Below, in pieces: positions 28,701 to 42,944 of a DNA stretch of 64,000 nucleotides. Numbering within the stretch: position 1 is the stretch's first letter; each line of letters opens with the position of its first letter. A program made the translations under genes and the position numbers. Source of the stretch: Eledone cirrhosa (taxonomy: Eukaryota); contig OZ024762.1 in NCBI GenBank assembly GCA_964016885.1, forward strand, positions 6,510,001 to 6,574,000. Direction: 5' to 3'. The notes under the pieces were generated by a model that was not told the DNA's origin, ran no database searches, and saw nothing but the letters and a program-made list of their open reading frames with translations.

Positions 28701-30380
28701 TGTCCCGACTATGTGGCACACACACACACTAACACACACATATAGACACACTGTCCCGACTATGTGGCACACACACACACACTAACACACACATATAGAC
28801 ACACTGTCCCGACTATGTGGCACACACACACACACTAACACACACATATAGACACACTGTCCTGACTATGTGGCACACACACACACTAACACACACATAT
28901 AGACACACTGTCCTGACTATGTGGCACACACACACACTAACACACACATATAGACACACTGTCCCGACTATGTGGCACACACACACACTAACACACACAT
29001 ATAGACACACTGTCCCGACTATGTGGCACACACACACACACTAACACACACATATAGACACACTGTCCTGACTATGTGGCACACACACACACTAACACAC
29101 ACATATAGACACACTGTCCTGACTATGTGGCACACACACACACTAACACACACATATAGACACACTGTCCCGACTATGTGGCACACACACACACTAACAC
29201 ACACATATAGACACACTGTCCCGACTATGTGGCACACACACACACACTAACACACACATATAGACACACTGTCCTGACTATGTGGCACACACACACACTA
29301 ACACACACATATAGACACACTGTCCCGACTATGTGGCACACACACACACTAACACACACATATAGACACACTGTCCTGACTATGTGGCACACACACACAC
29401 TAACACACACATATAGACACACTGTCCTGACTATGTGGCACACACACACACTAACACACACATATAGACACACTGTCCCGACTATGTGGCACACACACAC
29501 ACTAACACACACATATAGACACACTGTCCTGACTATGTGGCACACACACACACTAACACACACATATAGACACACTGTCCCGACTATGTGGCACACACAC
29601 ACACTAACACACACATATAGACACACTGTCCCGAGTATGTGGCACACACACACACACTAACACACACATATAGACACACTGTCCCGACTATGTGGCACAC
29701 ACACACACACTAACACACACATATAGACACACTGTCCCGACTATGTGGCACACACACACACTAACACACACATATAGACACACTGTCCCGACTATGTGGC
29801 ACACACACACACTAACACACACATATAGACACACTGTCCCGACTATGTGGCACACACACACACTAACACACACATATAGACACACTGTCCTGACTATGTG
29901 GCACACACACACACTAACACACACATATAGACACACTGTCCTGACTATGTGGCACACACACACACTAACACACACATATAGACACACTGTCCCGACTATG
30001 TGGCACACACACACACTAACACACACATATAGACACACTGTCCTGACTATGTGGCACACACACACACTAACACACACATATAGACACACTGTCCCGACTA
30101 TGTGGCACACACACACACTAACACACACATATAGACACACTGTCCCGACTATGTGGCACACACACACACTAACACACACATATAGACACACTGTCCCGAC
30201 TATGTGGCACACACACACGCACACACTAACACACACATATAGACACACTGTCCTGACTATGTGGCACACACACACACACTAACACACACATATAGACACA
30301 CTGTCCCGACTATGTGGCACACACACACACACATACTAACACACTAAGGCACACACACATATAGACACATTGTCCCGGGT
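25745..30380. repeat. 51-53-bp satellite, about 90 copies, with a degenerate flank to about 30730
   Basis: Unit gacacactgtcc(c/t)gactatgtggcacacacacacactaacacacacatata. Confidence 0.97.
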
Positions 30381-30524
30381 ATGTGGCACAGACACACACT
30401 AACGCACACACATATATATATACACATGAAGACACACTGACCCGAGTACATGGCACATACACACTAACACACACATATATATATATATATACACACATGA
30501 AGACACACTGTCTCAAGTATGTGG

Positions 30525-30571
<47 letters not shown>

Positions 30572-30597
30572 GAAGACACACTGTCTCAAGTATGTGG

Positions 30598-30633
<36 letters not shown>

Positions 30634-31604
30634 CATACATGAAAACACACTGTCTCGAGTATGTGGCACACACACACACACACTCTCGCAGTCAGACATG
30701 ATGTACAGCATAAAGACAGTGTCTCAAGTACACACACACACTTACATACACATATACACATGCACACACACATATTACACGTACTCATGCACACACACAT
30801 ATTTACACATGCATGTATACACACATACGTACACACACATGTATATAGACATAAACACAGAGACACACATACACACACATACACACACACACTCCTCAGA
30901 TACTCATCACATGCATCATATGACGGAGAGAGGGGGAGAGAATGAGAGAGGGAGAAAACAGAAGAATGAGAGAGAGGGAGGGGAGAATGAGGGAGAGAGG
31001 AAGAATGAGGGAGAGAGGGAGAATGAGGGAGAAGAGGATGAAAGAAAAACAGAGAGTGGTAGTGGTGAAGGTGGTGGTGGTGGTGGTGGTGGCTGTGGTC
31101 ATGGTGATGGTAGAGATGGTTGTGGTGGTGATGGTGGTGATGGTTGTGATGATAATGGTGGTAGTGATGGTGATGGTGGTTGATATAGTAGTGATGGTGG
31201 TGATGGTGGTTGTACCTGTTGTGGTGGTGATGGTGGTGCTGGTGATGGTGGTGGTGATGGTGGTGGTGGTGATGGTGGTGGTTGTACCTGTTGTGGTGGT
31301 GATGGTGGTGATGGTGGTGGTGGTGGTGGTGATGGTGGTGGTGGTGGTGGTGGTGGTGGTGGTGGTGATGGTGGTGATGGTGGTGATGGTGGTGCTGATG
31401 CTGGTGGTGGTGGTGGTGGTGGTGTCATAGTCTGGAAATTCTATGTTGTCTTTCTATTTATCACAGTCTTACCACCACCACCACCACCACTGATATCATC
31501 ACCACCAGTACCACTAACACCACCACCACCACCACCACCTGTGTGACCACCACCACCACCTCCACCACCTGTGTGACCACCGCTACCACCGCCAGCAGCT
31601 GTGT

Positions 31605-31837
31605 GACATATATATATATAAATATACATACACACATATACACACACACACATATATATAAATATACATACACACACACACACATATATATAAATATACA
31701 TACATATACACACACACACATATATATATATAAATATACATACACACATATATACACACACACATATATATATATAAATATACATACACACATATACACA
31801 CACACACACATATATATATAAATATACATACACACAT

Positions 31838-31868
<31 letters not shown>

Positions 31869-32005
31869 AATATACATACACACATATATACACACACACA
31901 TATATATATATAAATATACATACACACATACGCATACACACATATATATATATAAATATACATACACACATATACACACACACACACATATATATATAAA
32001 TATAC

Positions 32006-32036
<31 letters not shown>

Positions 32037-32053
32037 TATATATATAAATATAC

Positions 32054-32096
<43 letters not shown>

Positions 32097-32237
32097 AATA
32101 TACATACACACATATATACACACACACATATATATATAAATATACATACACACATATACACACACACACACACATATATATATATAAATATACATACACA
32201 CATATATACACACACACATCTATATATATAAATATAC

Positions 32238-32282
<45 letters not shown>

Positions 32283-32408
32283 AATATACATACACACACA
32301 CATCTATATATATAAATATACATACACACATATACGCACACACACATATATATATATAAATATACATACACACACACACATATATATATAAATATACATA
32401 CACACACC
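31605..32408. repeat. Compound minisatellite tatataaatatacatacacac(at/ac)n
   Basis: About 20 units anchored on taaatatacata. Confidence 0.9.
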
Positions 32409-32699
32409 TTGGCTCCCAACTCCCCCAGCATCACCACGGCCATTTCTTTTAGACTGGTATATACTTAGCAAAATTAGATCTCTATCCTATTAAAATTAAA
32501 TTCTTCATTAACATATAATTAATTACCTATCATAATTCATATTTACAGCCAATTATAAACAAATGGAAAAAAAAAAAAAATTTATTAAAAATAACTCTGG
32601 TTGGTTTTAATTAGTAACAAAGCAATTAACTACTAATGAAACACTAACGAATGCCAACACTGGATGCATTCTGTTTCAACAGTACAACAGAAGCAAACA

Positions 32700-32868
32700 T
32701 AATAATTGTTTCTGCTTTTGGCACAAGGCCAGCAATTACCCAGTACATTACTGGTACTTTATTTTATCGACCCTGTAAGGATGAAAGGCAAAGTTAACCT
32801 CGGCGGGATTTGAACTCAGATCATAAAGGGAGGTAACTCTATGCTGCAAAGCATGGCGTCCGACCCTA
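32700..32868 (-). mobile_element. SINE family B
   Basis: Reverse complement of the 12392 element. Confidence 0.85.
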
Positions 32869-33274
32869 TCACCTGAAATGTTTGTAAACTGAAACTATTT
32901 TTCCCATACAAAATGTTGAGAGGGAAATACTGTGAGAGAGAGAAAGAGACAGTGAAAGACAGATAGGTATCACCATAGTAACTAACTACACAGTAAGTGA
33001 CAGTTTCCTACCGATACTCCCAGCTTGTTGCCAACCGTTGTTACCAGCTTGTGTGTTCATTACTCAAGACACCGTTTGTCAACCAAGACATTTTATGTTT
33101 TGAAAAATTGTTTGTGAACCAATTCGTTTATGATGAGAGATGTTTGTGAACTGAGGTTTCACTGTACATGCTAAACATTTATGTAATCATATCCTAGAAA
33201 TAAATTATCAATAGAATATCCCTCTTATCTTTAATCACTTTCATGTGTCAGTAATCAACATAAACTGTAGGATT

Positions 33275-33565
33275 TCATCATCATCATCACCATCACCGTT
33301 TTACGTCCGTTCTTCCACGCTAGCATGGGTTGATGGGTTGTCCTGTCATGGGCAGTGTCCGGTCGGCTGACCGTGCCTTGCTCATACGGGAACTGATTCT
33401 GGCTCGATTTCTTCAGCTGGATGCCCTTCCTAACACCAACCTCATTTACAGTGAGTGCTGGGTGCTTTTTTCCGTGGCGCCTACACGTCCACTTTACAGT
33501 GTGGGCTGGGGGCTTTTTTGTTGTGGCACCTCCACGACCATTTTGCAGTGGGAGGGTGTGGGGGC
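33275..33565 (-). mobile_element. RTE LINE 3' UTR fragment
   Basis: Reverse complement of 61830-62115, with a (GAT)n tail. Similar fragments at 16400-16700, 52594-52748 and 62190-62435. Confidence 0.75.
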
Positions 33566-33991
33566 ATATTGTCTATATATATATATATTTATCTAAAAAC
33601 CTTCCATAATAATGTTATGTAAGAACCATTGTTAAGTTATGTTCGAAACACCAGCTTAATAATGAGAAAGTTAGTTGTATGGCTAAATCCTTCCAAATCC
33701 TTGATTAATTTGAAAGTGATTTAAAAAGAAAGGGTTAAAAAGATGGTAAGAAAAGGGTTAAAGTGCCCATACTATCTAAAATCCTACAGCTACAATGATA
33801 ATCCTACTTGATAATTTTTCTTTTTAGTTTTTAATGAATCCGTGAGAAAGATGACGAATGTCAAAAGATATATGAAAAAGAAGAAGGCAACATACACCAT
33901 ATTTTATGCTACCACCTCCCTAACAAATTTTAGAAATTTGAGGCAAAAATATATAGTAAAGTATAATGCCAGATACATAGATACATGTATA

Positions 33992-34081
<90 letters not shown>

Positions 34082-34114
34082 AGGTAGGTAGGTATATATA
34101 GGTATGCATGTATG

Positions 34115-34167
<53 letters not shown>

Positions 34168-34491
34168 AACAAATAAACAACATATGTTAATAGAGTCACC
34201 ATATTTAGTGGAATGGTGTATCAATTTCTCTATTGTTTGTTCGAAGTTTCGGTGAAGATTTTGAAACAGGAATCAACTTAAACTCTTGCAACCATATCAG
34301 GTGGCTGAGAAATCAGAGCACAATTTGGTTGACTGAAAATTTCCCACAGCATAAAAGTGTGGGGGAAGGCAAGACCCCCTAACTTTAGTTTGTTAACCTT
34401 TTTGATTCTAAACTGCCTGAAACCATCCCTCATTCTGTTATACAGAGTCATTTATTTCTAATGTTTATATTTATCTAAAAACCTTCCATTA

Positions 34492-34610
34492 TGAGTTCAA
34501 ATCCTGCCGAGGTTAACTTTGCCTTTCATCCTTACGGGGTCGATAAAATAAAGTACCAGTAATGTACTGGGGTAATTGCTGGCCTTGTGCCAAACGTAGA
34601 AACAATTATA
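34492..34610 (+). mobile_element. 5'-truncated SINE B nested in a family B MITE
   Basis: The flanks accttccatta / taatgttatcgaagaacc rejoin into the MITE consensus. Confidence 0.75.
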
Positions 34611-35499
34611 ATGTTATCGAAGAACCTTCAAGTTATGTTCCAAACACTTGATTAATCAGGAGAAAGTTAGTTATCAAATGTCTCCAAATTCTTGATTACT
34701 TTAAAATCTATTTAAAAATAGACCCCCCCCCCCCCCCACACACACACCCACCACCACCCCGCACCCCACACCACACACCACACATAATAATGGTGATGAT
34801 GATGATGATGTTAATAATAATGGTGGTGAAAACAATGGTGATGATGATGGTGGTGGTGATAATGATGATGATGAAGCTGTTAAGTGTTCAATATTATTTG
34901 ACATAGCTTTTCTATTCCTGTTAGTAATTATTAAGTTCTTTAAAATCTCCAGTCTCCCAACCTTTCTTGCTTTCTTTAACTCTTTCACTCTCTATCTCTC
35001 TCTCCATCTACCTTTCTCTCTCTCGCTCTCTCTCTGTCTCTACCCTTTTGTCTCTACCCTTTTCTCTCTCTCTCTCTCTCTCTCCCCCTCTACCTTTCTC
35101 TCTCTCTCCCTCTACCTTTCTCTCTCTTTCTCTCTATCTTCCTTTCTCTCTCTTCATCTCCATTTCTCTCATTCTATCTCTCACTCTTTATCTCCCCCCC
35201 CCCGCCCTCATTCAACCCGTTCCCCCCCAGTCCATCATCCTCCATTCAACCAGTCCATTAGTCAATCATGGGTCGGTGGAGGGTTTGGAGAGAAGGTCCC
35301 CATTCAGCCAGTTGTAGATTTTCTTGGCACAACCAACAGAATATTGTAGAATATAAGATCAAATTCCATTTCATTTTGATATTTCAATTATAGCAACCTG
35401 TGTACAGTAGAGATATATCAGATGCCTGTCTATTTTATGACATGAAATATTTTCAACACGTCTACAACACCTCAACTAGATAAGCTCAAAAAGATCCCA

Positions 35500-36175
35500 T
35501 TACTGAATTATAGAGAGTAGCGAAAGAGAATGAAATATGGGATGAAAGGAGACAATTTCTCGCTAGTGAATAAAGAATAGCAGACCAGGCAAGGATGATT
35601 CTCCTGGCTAGTGAACAAAGAATAGCAGACCAGGCAAGGATGATTCTCCTGGCTAGTGAACAGAGAATAGCAGACCAGGCAAGGGTGATTCTCCTGGCTA
35701 GTGAACAAAGAATAGCAGACCAGGCAAGGATGATTCTCCTGGCTAGTGAACAGAGAATAGCAGACCAGGCAAGGATGATTCTCCTGGCTAGTGAACAGAG
35801 AATAGCAGACCAGGCAAGGATGATTCTCCTGGCTAGTGAACAGAGAATAGCAGACCAGGCAAGGATGATTCTCCTGGCTAGTGAACAGAGAATAGCAGAC
35901 CAGGCTAGGATGATTCAAGTGAATGGCTGATTGAAGGAATAGAGCGACATTGCGATGCTGCCAATGTAAATGAGGGACAGGAGCTATTTGAAGATGCTGA
36001 GAATGTATATACTAAAGAAAGGGAAGCTGATAGACATAGCTTTCTTCCAGAAGGTGAGGATATTGTGCTAGAAAGGGCACATGTTGAAGGGTTCAGTGAT
36101 GATGAAAAGCAGCTGGTAAAAGATGTGGGGAACAATATCAGAAAGAATCCACACAATATTCCACCAATTTTAAGA
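35500..36175 (+). mobile_element. Dong/R4-clade LINE N-terminal fragment with an internal 45-bp tandem repeat
   Basis: Reads RKRM..EIWDERRQFLASEQRIADQARMIQVNG*L, resembling the recalled R4/Dong N-terminal motif YRKRM..IW..EQRLADQxRxI...WL. Confidence 0.6.
35572..35916 (+). repeat. 45-bp tandem repeat, about 7.7 copies
   Basis: gctagtgaacagagaatagcagaccaggcaaggatgattctcctg. Confidence 0.95.
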
Positions 36176-36277
36176 TATTAAATATTTATGGATTTTACAA
36201 AAAGTCTACAACACTTCAATAAGATAGCCTCAAATGATCACATTACTTAATTATTATTGTTATTATTATTATTATTA

Positions 36278-36455
36278 TTATCGGTAGAGCGTCAGACACC
36301 ATGCTTTGCAACATAGAGTTACGTTCTGAGCTCAAATCCTGTCGAGGTTTACTTTGCCTTTCATCCTTTCGGGGTCGATAAAATAAAGTACCAGTAATAT
36401 ACTTGGTGATTGCTGGCCTTGTACTAAAAGTAGAAACAATTATTATTATTATTAT
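36278..36455 (+). mobile_element. SINE family B inserted in (ATT)n
   Basis: Family core present; (ATT)n on both sides. Confidence 0.8.
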
Positions 36456-37083
36456 TGAGTGTGTACCTGTAAATTGGAGGAGGACAGTTAGTTATATAGC
36501 TAAACATCTCTGAATTCTTGATAATTTTCAAAATGATTTGAAAATAATGGGCTGTCTTCCATCAAGAATATGCTATTGAAAGGGTTAACATGTTTATATT
36601 TATCCAAAAACCTTACATCATAATTTATCTAAGAACATTTGTTAAGTTTTGTTCCAAACACTTGTCTAATAAGGAGAACATTAGTTATATAATCACAAGC
36701 AAGGTCTTTCATTAGAAATATGCTAACAAAAGGCTTAAATTGTTTATATTTATCTAAAAAAAATCCCTTCCACAATAAGATAATATAAGAACCTTCATTA
36801 AGTTATGTTCCAAAGCCCAATTTAATAAGTTGATTATATAATTAAATCCCTCCAAATCCTCCACTATTTTCAGAATTATTTCGAAACAATAGACAGGACC
36901 TTTATTTAAAAATTTGGTAATGAAAATTTATATTTATCTAAAAACTTTCTATCATAATTTTATGTAAGAACCTTTGTTAAGTTATGTTCCAAACACTAGT
37001 TTAATAATGAGAATATTGGTTATATAACTAAATCAGTCCAAATCCTTGACTATTTTCAAAATGATTTGCAAATCATGGACTAC

Positions 37084-37854
37084 GTCTTTCATTAGAAATA
37101 TGGTAATGAAAGGGTTAATGACATAGACTGTGTCTTTCATTAGAAATATGGCAATGGAAAGGGTTAAACATAGGTAGTGTCTTTCATGAGGAATATGGTA
37201 ATGAAAGGGTTAAACATAGGTAGTGTCTTTCATGAGGAATATGGTAATGAAAGGGTTAAACATAGGTAGTGTCTTTCATGAGGAATATGGTAATGAAAGG
37301 GTTAAACATAGGTAGTGTCTTTCATGAGGAATATGGTAATGAAAGGGTTAAACATAGGTAGTGTCTTTCATGAGGAATATGGTAATGAAAGGGTTAAACA
37401 TAGGCAGTGTCATTAGAAATATGGCAATGGAAAGGGTTAAACATAGGTAGTGTCTTTCATGAGGAATATGGTAATGAAAGGGTTAAACATAGGCAGTGTC
37501 ATTAGAAATATGGCAATGGAAAGGGTTAAACATAGGTAGTGTCTTTCATGAGGAATATGGTAATGAAAGGGTTAAACATAGGTAGTGTCTTTCATGAGGA
37601 ATATGGTAATGAAAGGGTTAATGACATAGACAGTGTCTTTCATGAGGAATATGGTAATGAAAGGGTTAAACATAGGTAGTGTCTTTCATGAGGAATATGG
37701 TAATGAAAGGGTTAATGACATAGACAGTGTCTTTCATGAGGAATATGGTAATGAAAGGGTTAAACATAGGTAGTGTCTTTCATGAGGAATATGGTAATGA
37801 AAGGGTTAAACATAGGTAGTGTCTTTCATGAGGAATATGGTAATGAAAGGGTTA
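37084..37854. repeat. 46-bp satellite, about 17 copies, reverse orientation relative to the arrays at 1-335 and 42945-43503
   Basis: acataggtagtgtctttcatgaggaatatggtaatgaaagggttaa. It follows tandem MITE modules at 36485-37118. Confidence 0.95.
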
Positions 37855-38346
37855 GGACTGTGAAATGGCTTGGATTCCCAGCAGGAACCACTGAAGTTAC
37901 TAATGACCTTGAGCAAAACAAACTCTCTTGCTCACTCTCTGTTCCCCACCCCTCTCTCACTCCCTCTCCCTCTGTGTCACTCTCACTCTCTCTGCCACTC
38001 TCACTCACTCGCTCTCTCTCGATCATGCTCGCCCTCTCTGTCTCTCTTCCCAATAACTCACAGGCGTCAGGCGTATGTCGGAGATGATGCCAAGCCCTTC
38101 CTGACCCAACAGGGGGGCTTCAAAGAATGACATCTGTTCCTCCATGCTAGAATGAGTTACACCAGTGTGTAGCATCATTGCGCTCCACCACTGTACCGTT
38201 ATCAAGAGGATCGGGTTAACATTTGTATTTATATTCAATCGTTGCTTGATAGTAATAATGATAGTAATAGCTTTAGCAAAACATCCTTTGCTGCCCTGTC
38301 GATTCAATGTTAAATAACAAGAAAACATATGTTAATAAGTTCTCCT

Positions 38347-38388
<42 letters not shown>

Positions 38389-38450
38389 TATCCGGCATGT
38401 GATGGTGTGATGTTATACCTACATAATATTATATAGTACTATATATATAT

Positions 38451-38510
<60 letters not shown>

Positions 38511-38735
38511 GATATATATATATATATATATTATATACATACACATATAATATATATATATATTATATATACATACACATATAATATATATATATAAATA
38601 TATACACACATATAATATATATATATATATAGGAACGAGTAGGTCCTACTCGTTCCTATTACCCACTCTACTACCCTAAGTATTGAGTACTTTGGTGCGT
38701 TATGGTCCACCTGGTTCCTTACCACATTTCTTCCG

Positions 38736-38866
<131 letters not shown>

Positions 38867-40329
38867 CAATATATATATATAATCATCATCATCATTTTAC
38901 GTCCGCTCTTCCCTGCTTGCAAGGGTGGGATGGGTCCTATTCAGCACAGCATCTCTCCACTTGTCACGGTCCTTCGTCATCTCCACCGTGAGTTTCAGCG
39001 ATCTGAGGTCTGCTCTCACCACCTCCGCCCATGTTTTTCCGGAATTTTGTACGTAGGGAGAAACCCTTCTTCATCAGCAGAAGAAGCAGCTCCCTAAACT
39101 TCTTCCAACCCGTCCTTATTCTAGATACTATGGCCTCGGAACACCCCCCTCCCCTCCTATGCTAATCTGATCACCTAGGTACCGAAAGTTATCAACCACT
39201 TCTATAGCACCCACCTGCATTTGAAAAATGTGTCTATCAATGCGATTTCTACTGTCAAATTTCCCTGTACATCTACTGCATACGTATTTCTCCCTAAGTT
39301 AAGAGTTACTGCAGCACTAGAACTCTACTAGCCAGTAACCCAAACTGACCCTTGACCTTATAAGACATAGGGTCATTTTCTGGGACATTGTTTGGAGAAA
39401 AAAAGTGTCTTATAAACCTTAATATACAGTATATGTATGCACGCATGTGTGCTGTTAAATATATATATATATATATATATATTATTCAAAATATTCTCAT
39501 AATCAAAATGTATACTTTATTATATATATTTCAAAGGTACTGTGTTGTTTTTTCAGTACGTCCTCATCAGACAAAATATATGATTTGATATATGACATAC
39601 CGCTACGGTCTTGATTATTCAATTCCAGTATTGGCAGTGATTTATTTCATCAAATCTCAACGTTTATATACCACAAATAATATGATAAACTTAAAGAAGA
39701 AAAGGACGTAGAGCAAATTAGAGATATGAGAGAGGGTGTAAAGAATAGAAAAGGCAAGAAAAAATAAATAAATATATATATAAATAGATAAATGAATAAA
39801 AAATAAATAAATGGATGAATGAATAAAAGAAATATATAAAAAAAAAGAAAAGAGGAATAATGACAACAGAGAGGGAAGGTGTGGGGAAAGTAAAGAGAAC
39901 GAAGGGGGGTAAAGAAAAATAAAGAAAAATTAGGGAACATCAAATAGAGGGGGATAGAGAAAAAAACCCCGGTGTTTTCAAATGTTCGATCAAATAGAAC
40001 ATCTAATCAATTCACATAAACAATTGAATATCTCTTGTATTTGATTATGCTTTAGCTAATTATACTTATATATATCAAAATTAATAAGTATAGATTATTT
40101 TCTATAGCAATCACATATTTAGTTTAATTAAGAATTTATATAAATTATATATGTATATATAAAGACACACACTCACATACATATATATATCATAATTATC
40201 ATCTTCTTCACCATTTTTTGTCTGCTCTTCCATGCTTGCATAGGTTGGATGGGTCATTTTCAGTACAGCATCTTTTCTTTTATCACATTCCTTTGTCATC
40301 TCCTCAGTGAGCTATCTACCACATCTATG

Positions 40330-40710
40330 GGTTCTTCCTGGGATTGGAAAAGGTTTATTTCATAGATGCCCTTACTATCAACTATCCTTGTGCATTTGTC
40401 ACATACAAAGCTTACCTTTTCTGTTAGTCTGCCTGCTATTCCACTACACATCCTGTGTACCTAAGATGTATATTGTGTACATCATATAGAGTTTCTCCCT
40501 ACTCCTTTCCTACATATTGAGCTGAGCCACTTCCCTGAAGGGATCAGGGTCTTGTCTCCTTTCCTAGTCAATAAAACTTTTTTTCCAAGTTTACTCTTAG
40601 TTTTTTTTAAATTCTAAATTCTGTTTCCACAGCTGGAACTTGTATAAAGAAGTTCCCATGGACAGCAAGTCTAAAACTCCTCTCTTATGACCTGGGAACT
40701 ATATTAAACA
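40330..40710 (-). mobile_element. Degenerate RTE LINE fragment (RT region with Cys-rich insert)
   Basis: Reads approximately KFQLWKQNLE..LRVN..KTLIPSGKW..ICRKGVGRNSI*C across frameshifts; homologous to 44150-44385. Confidence 0.65.
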
Positions 40711-41261
40711 GAAGTGGGTTGAGGACGAACCATCTTCAAAACCACCAATACCACAACACCACCATCAATAAACCCCCACCCCACCAACACCAGAATTGTC
40801 ATGGTTGTCAGAGGTAATGCAGATGTCATTCCTTCATAAATATTTCTAACTAATCCAAAATGGCTATCAGAAGTATTAGAATAGTTTGGCTTGTTTCAGT
40901 TCTCAGAAAATATAATCATGAAGATAAAAGAAAATGGAAAAAAAAGAGAAAACTGAAAAATCTATGAATTCTACATAGAATTTCCAAAGTTTGAAGATAA
41001 TGTTGATTAGTGTTAAAAAAAAAAAAGAGAAAAGAAAAAAAAAGGGTGGGTAGTGGCAAAAGGGAGTATTTTAATGTGCAGTAGTGGTCTTTATGTGTTT
41101 GATATATATGTGTTTTTGTGGCCTTTATGTGTTTGATAAGGTTCTCTTTTGTAAAGTAATAAAAAAACAACAGTTGCGTTTATATGGACAGCAAAACAAC
41201 ACCCACCATCTGTAGCTAGGAGCTGGTAAATGTAGCAGCAGAATCTCTGATAGAAGCATAA

Positions 41262-41403
41262 AATAATTGTTTCTACTTTTGGCACAAGGCCAGCAATTAC
41301 CCAGTGCATTACTGGTACTTTATTTTATCGACCCCGTAAGGATGAAAGGCAAAGTTAACCTCGGCGGGATTTGAACTCAGAATGGCAAGGACCGTAACTC
41401 TAT
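41262..41403 (-). mobile_element. SINE family B; another copy at 41632-41823
   Basis: Family core present. Confidence 0.85.
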
Positions 41404-41405
41404 GT

Positions 41406-41638
41406 ACTAGGTACTGTATATATATATTATATAGAGTACCACAGGACTTACAAATATATACAACATACAAAAGATAGCATTACTAGGTACTACACACATA
41501 TTACGAAAAGTACTATCAATACAATAGAAATAACATCAGAAAAAACTACACTGCACATACCCAAGGTACAGAGCTGTGCTCGGTAAAGCAGTAATGATGC
41601 ACAATAAAAATAATAATGGAAATAATGATAATAATAAT
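41406..41638 (+). mobile_element. Dong/R4 LINE 3' end carrying one copy of the 72-bp repeat junction
   Basis: Nearly identical to about 54130-54360 and includes gtatatatattatatagagtaccacaggacttac; (AAT)n tail. Confidence 0.85.
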
Positions 41639-41827
41639 TGTTTCTACTTTTGGCACAAGGCCAGCAATTACCCAGTACATTACTGGTACTTTATTTTATT
41701 GACCCCGTAAGGATGAAAGGCAAAGTTAAATTTAGCGGGATTTGAACTCAGAATGCAAAGGGCCGTAACTATGCTGCAAAGCATGGTGTCCGACGCTCTA
41801 CCGATATTGCCAATCCACTGCCCTAAT

Positions 41828-42410
41828 ATTAATAATGCTTTCTTTATTAACCACAAGGGTTGACACAAAGTATAACATTAAAGACAGCACAGGATGGTAC
41901 AAAAGGCTGTTTTTGCATGTAAACATATACCTATAACAAAAAAATGAAACAAAATTCCCCAATAGGGGGGAGACTTCCGAGGATCATTCGTGGAAAAAGC
42001 CCATTAAAAAAGCCACGGTGACCCTGACCACCAGGGCAAATGCCCTCTCCCAGTTTTCCACCTCTAATCTACAGATGCATACTCAGAGCAGGTCCATTCA
42101 CTTGGGCCATGCTTGCCTCTCTCACCCATCTTTCAACAAATTGCTGGGAAGGGAGCACTTCCTTCTCCCCCTTGATTTTCCTTTTCAAATAAAATTTGAA
42201 AAGGTTATTCAGGGTATCACCAAGATAAGTGCTTATCTTCAGCCCTTTCAAGCGCGTCTACCACACAACCCCTTTTGCCATGGCCACCAGGCAGATAAAA
42301 ACTGTCTGCCCATCACGAGTAAAGGAAGGTGGCGAGGGAATCCCCACAATGGACTCAGCTGATAGCTGAATCCATCCTACACGCGACATAAACCCAAAGC
42401 ATACCTTGGT
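41828..42410 (-). mobile_element. Tx1/L1-clade LINE 3' fragment
   Basis: Reads VFICLVAMAK..VW*TRLKGLK..FKFYLKRKIKGEKEVL..FVERW, followed by a 3' UTR ending in AATAAA. Confidence 0.6.
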
Positions 42411-42944
42411 AGGATTTCAACTTAATATTAATAATATAATGGAGGAACTTTATTGACTCAATATATTAGAATCTGTTTGGGGTGAGGGAGAAGGGGGGGG
42501 GGTGTTTGGGGTGAGGAAGAAGGGGGATGTTTGGGGTGAGGGAGAAGAGGGGTGGGGGGTGTTTGGTGTGAGGGAGAAGGGGGGATGTTATAAAGATTGC
42601 ATGAAAAGGTCAAATATTTGAAGTAGCAGTGAGAAGTGTGTGTGTGTGTGGGAGGGATAGGGGAGTATGTGATGTGGGGGTGGTGGGGTATGTGACATGA
42701 GGTGGAAGTAAGGTAGGTGACATGGTAAGAGGTGGTGGTGTGTGTTTTAATGGAACATTTATATAAATTACTGACAATCATAAGACAAACACCATATAGC
42801 AAGAATAATGGTTTAGTTTTGGTGGTGGTATGTTTAATAAATCACTGGAATTGGTAAAATGAAAGACTGGAGAATCTCTTTGATTAAATGTATGTCACTA
42901 ATACAATATTGCCCGGGCATCCTTCCCAACCACCCCTCCATCAC

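Noticed and set aside
25745-30380. CRISPR-like regularly spaced repeat
   Set aside because: Units are contiguous with no unique spacers, there are no cas genes, and the context is a eukaryotic intron. The same applies to the 45-, 46-, 61-, 63-, 72- and 76-bp arrays.
32870-33167. Tigger/pogo-like element end (..gaggtttcactgta); similar lone end at 39335-39431
   Set aside because: Only one degenerate terminus is recognisable in each case, too weak to call as a feature.
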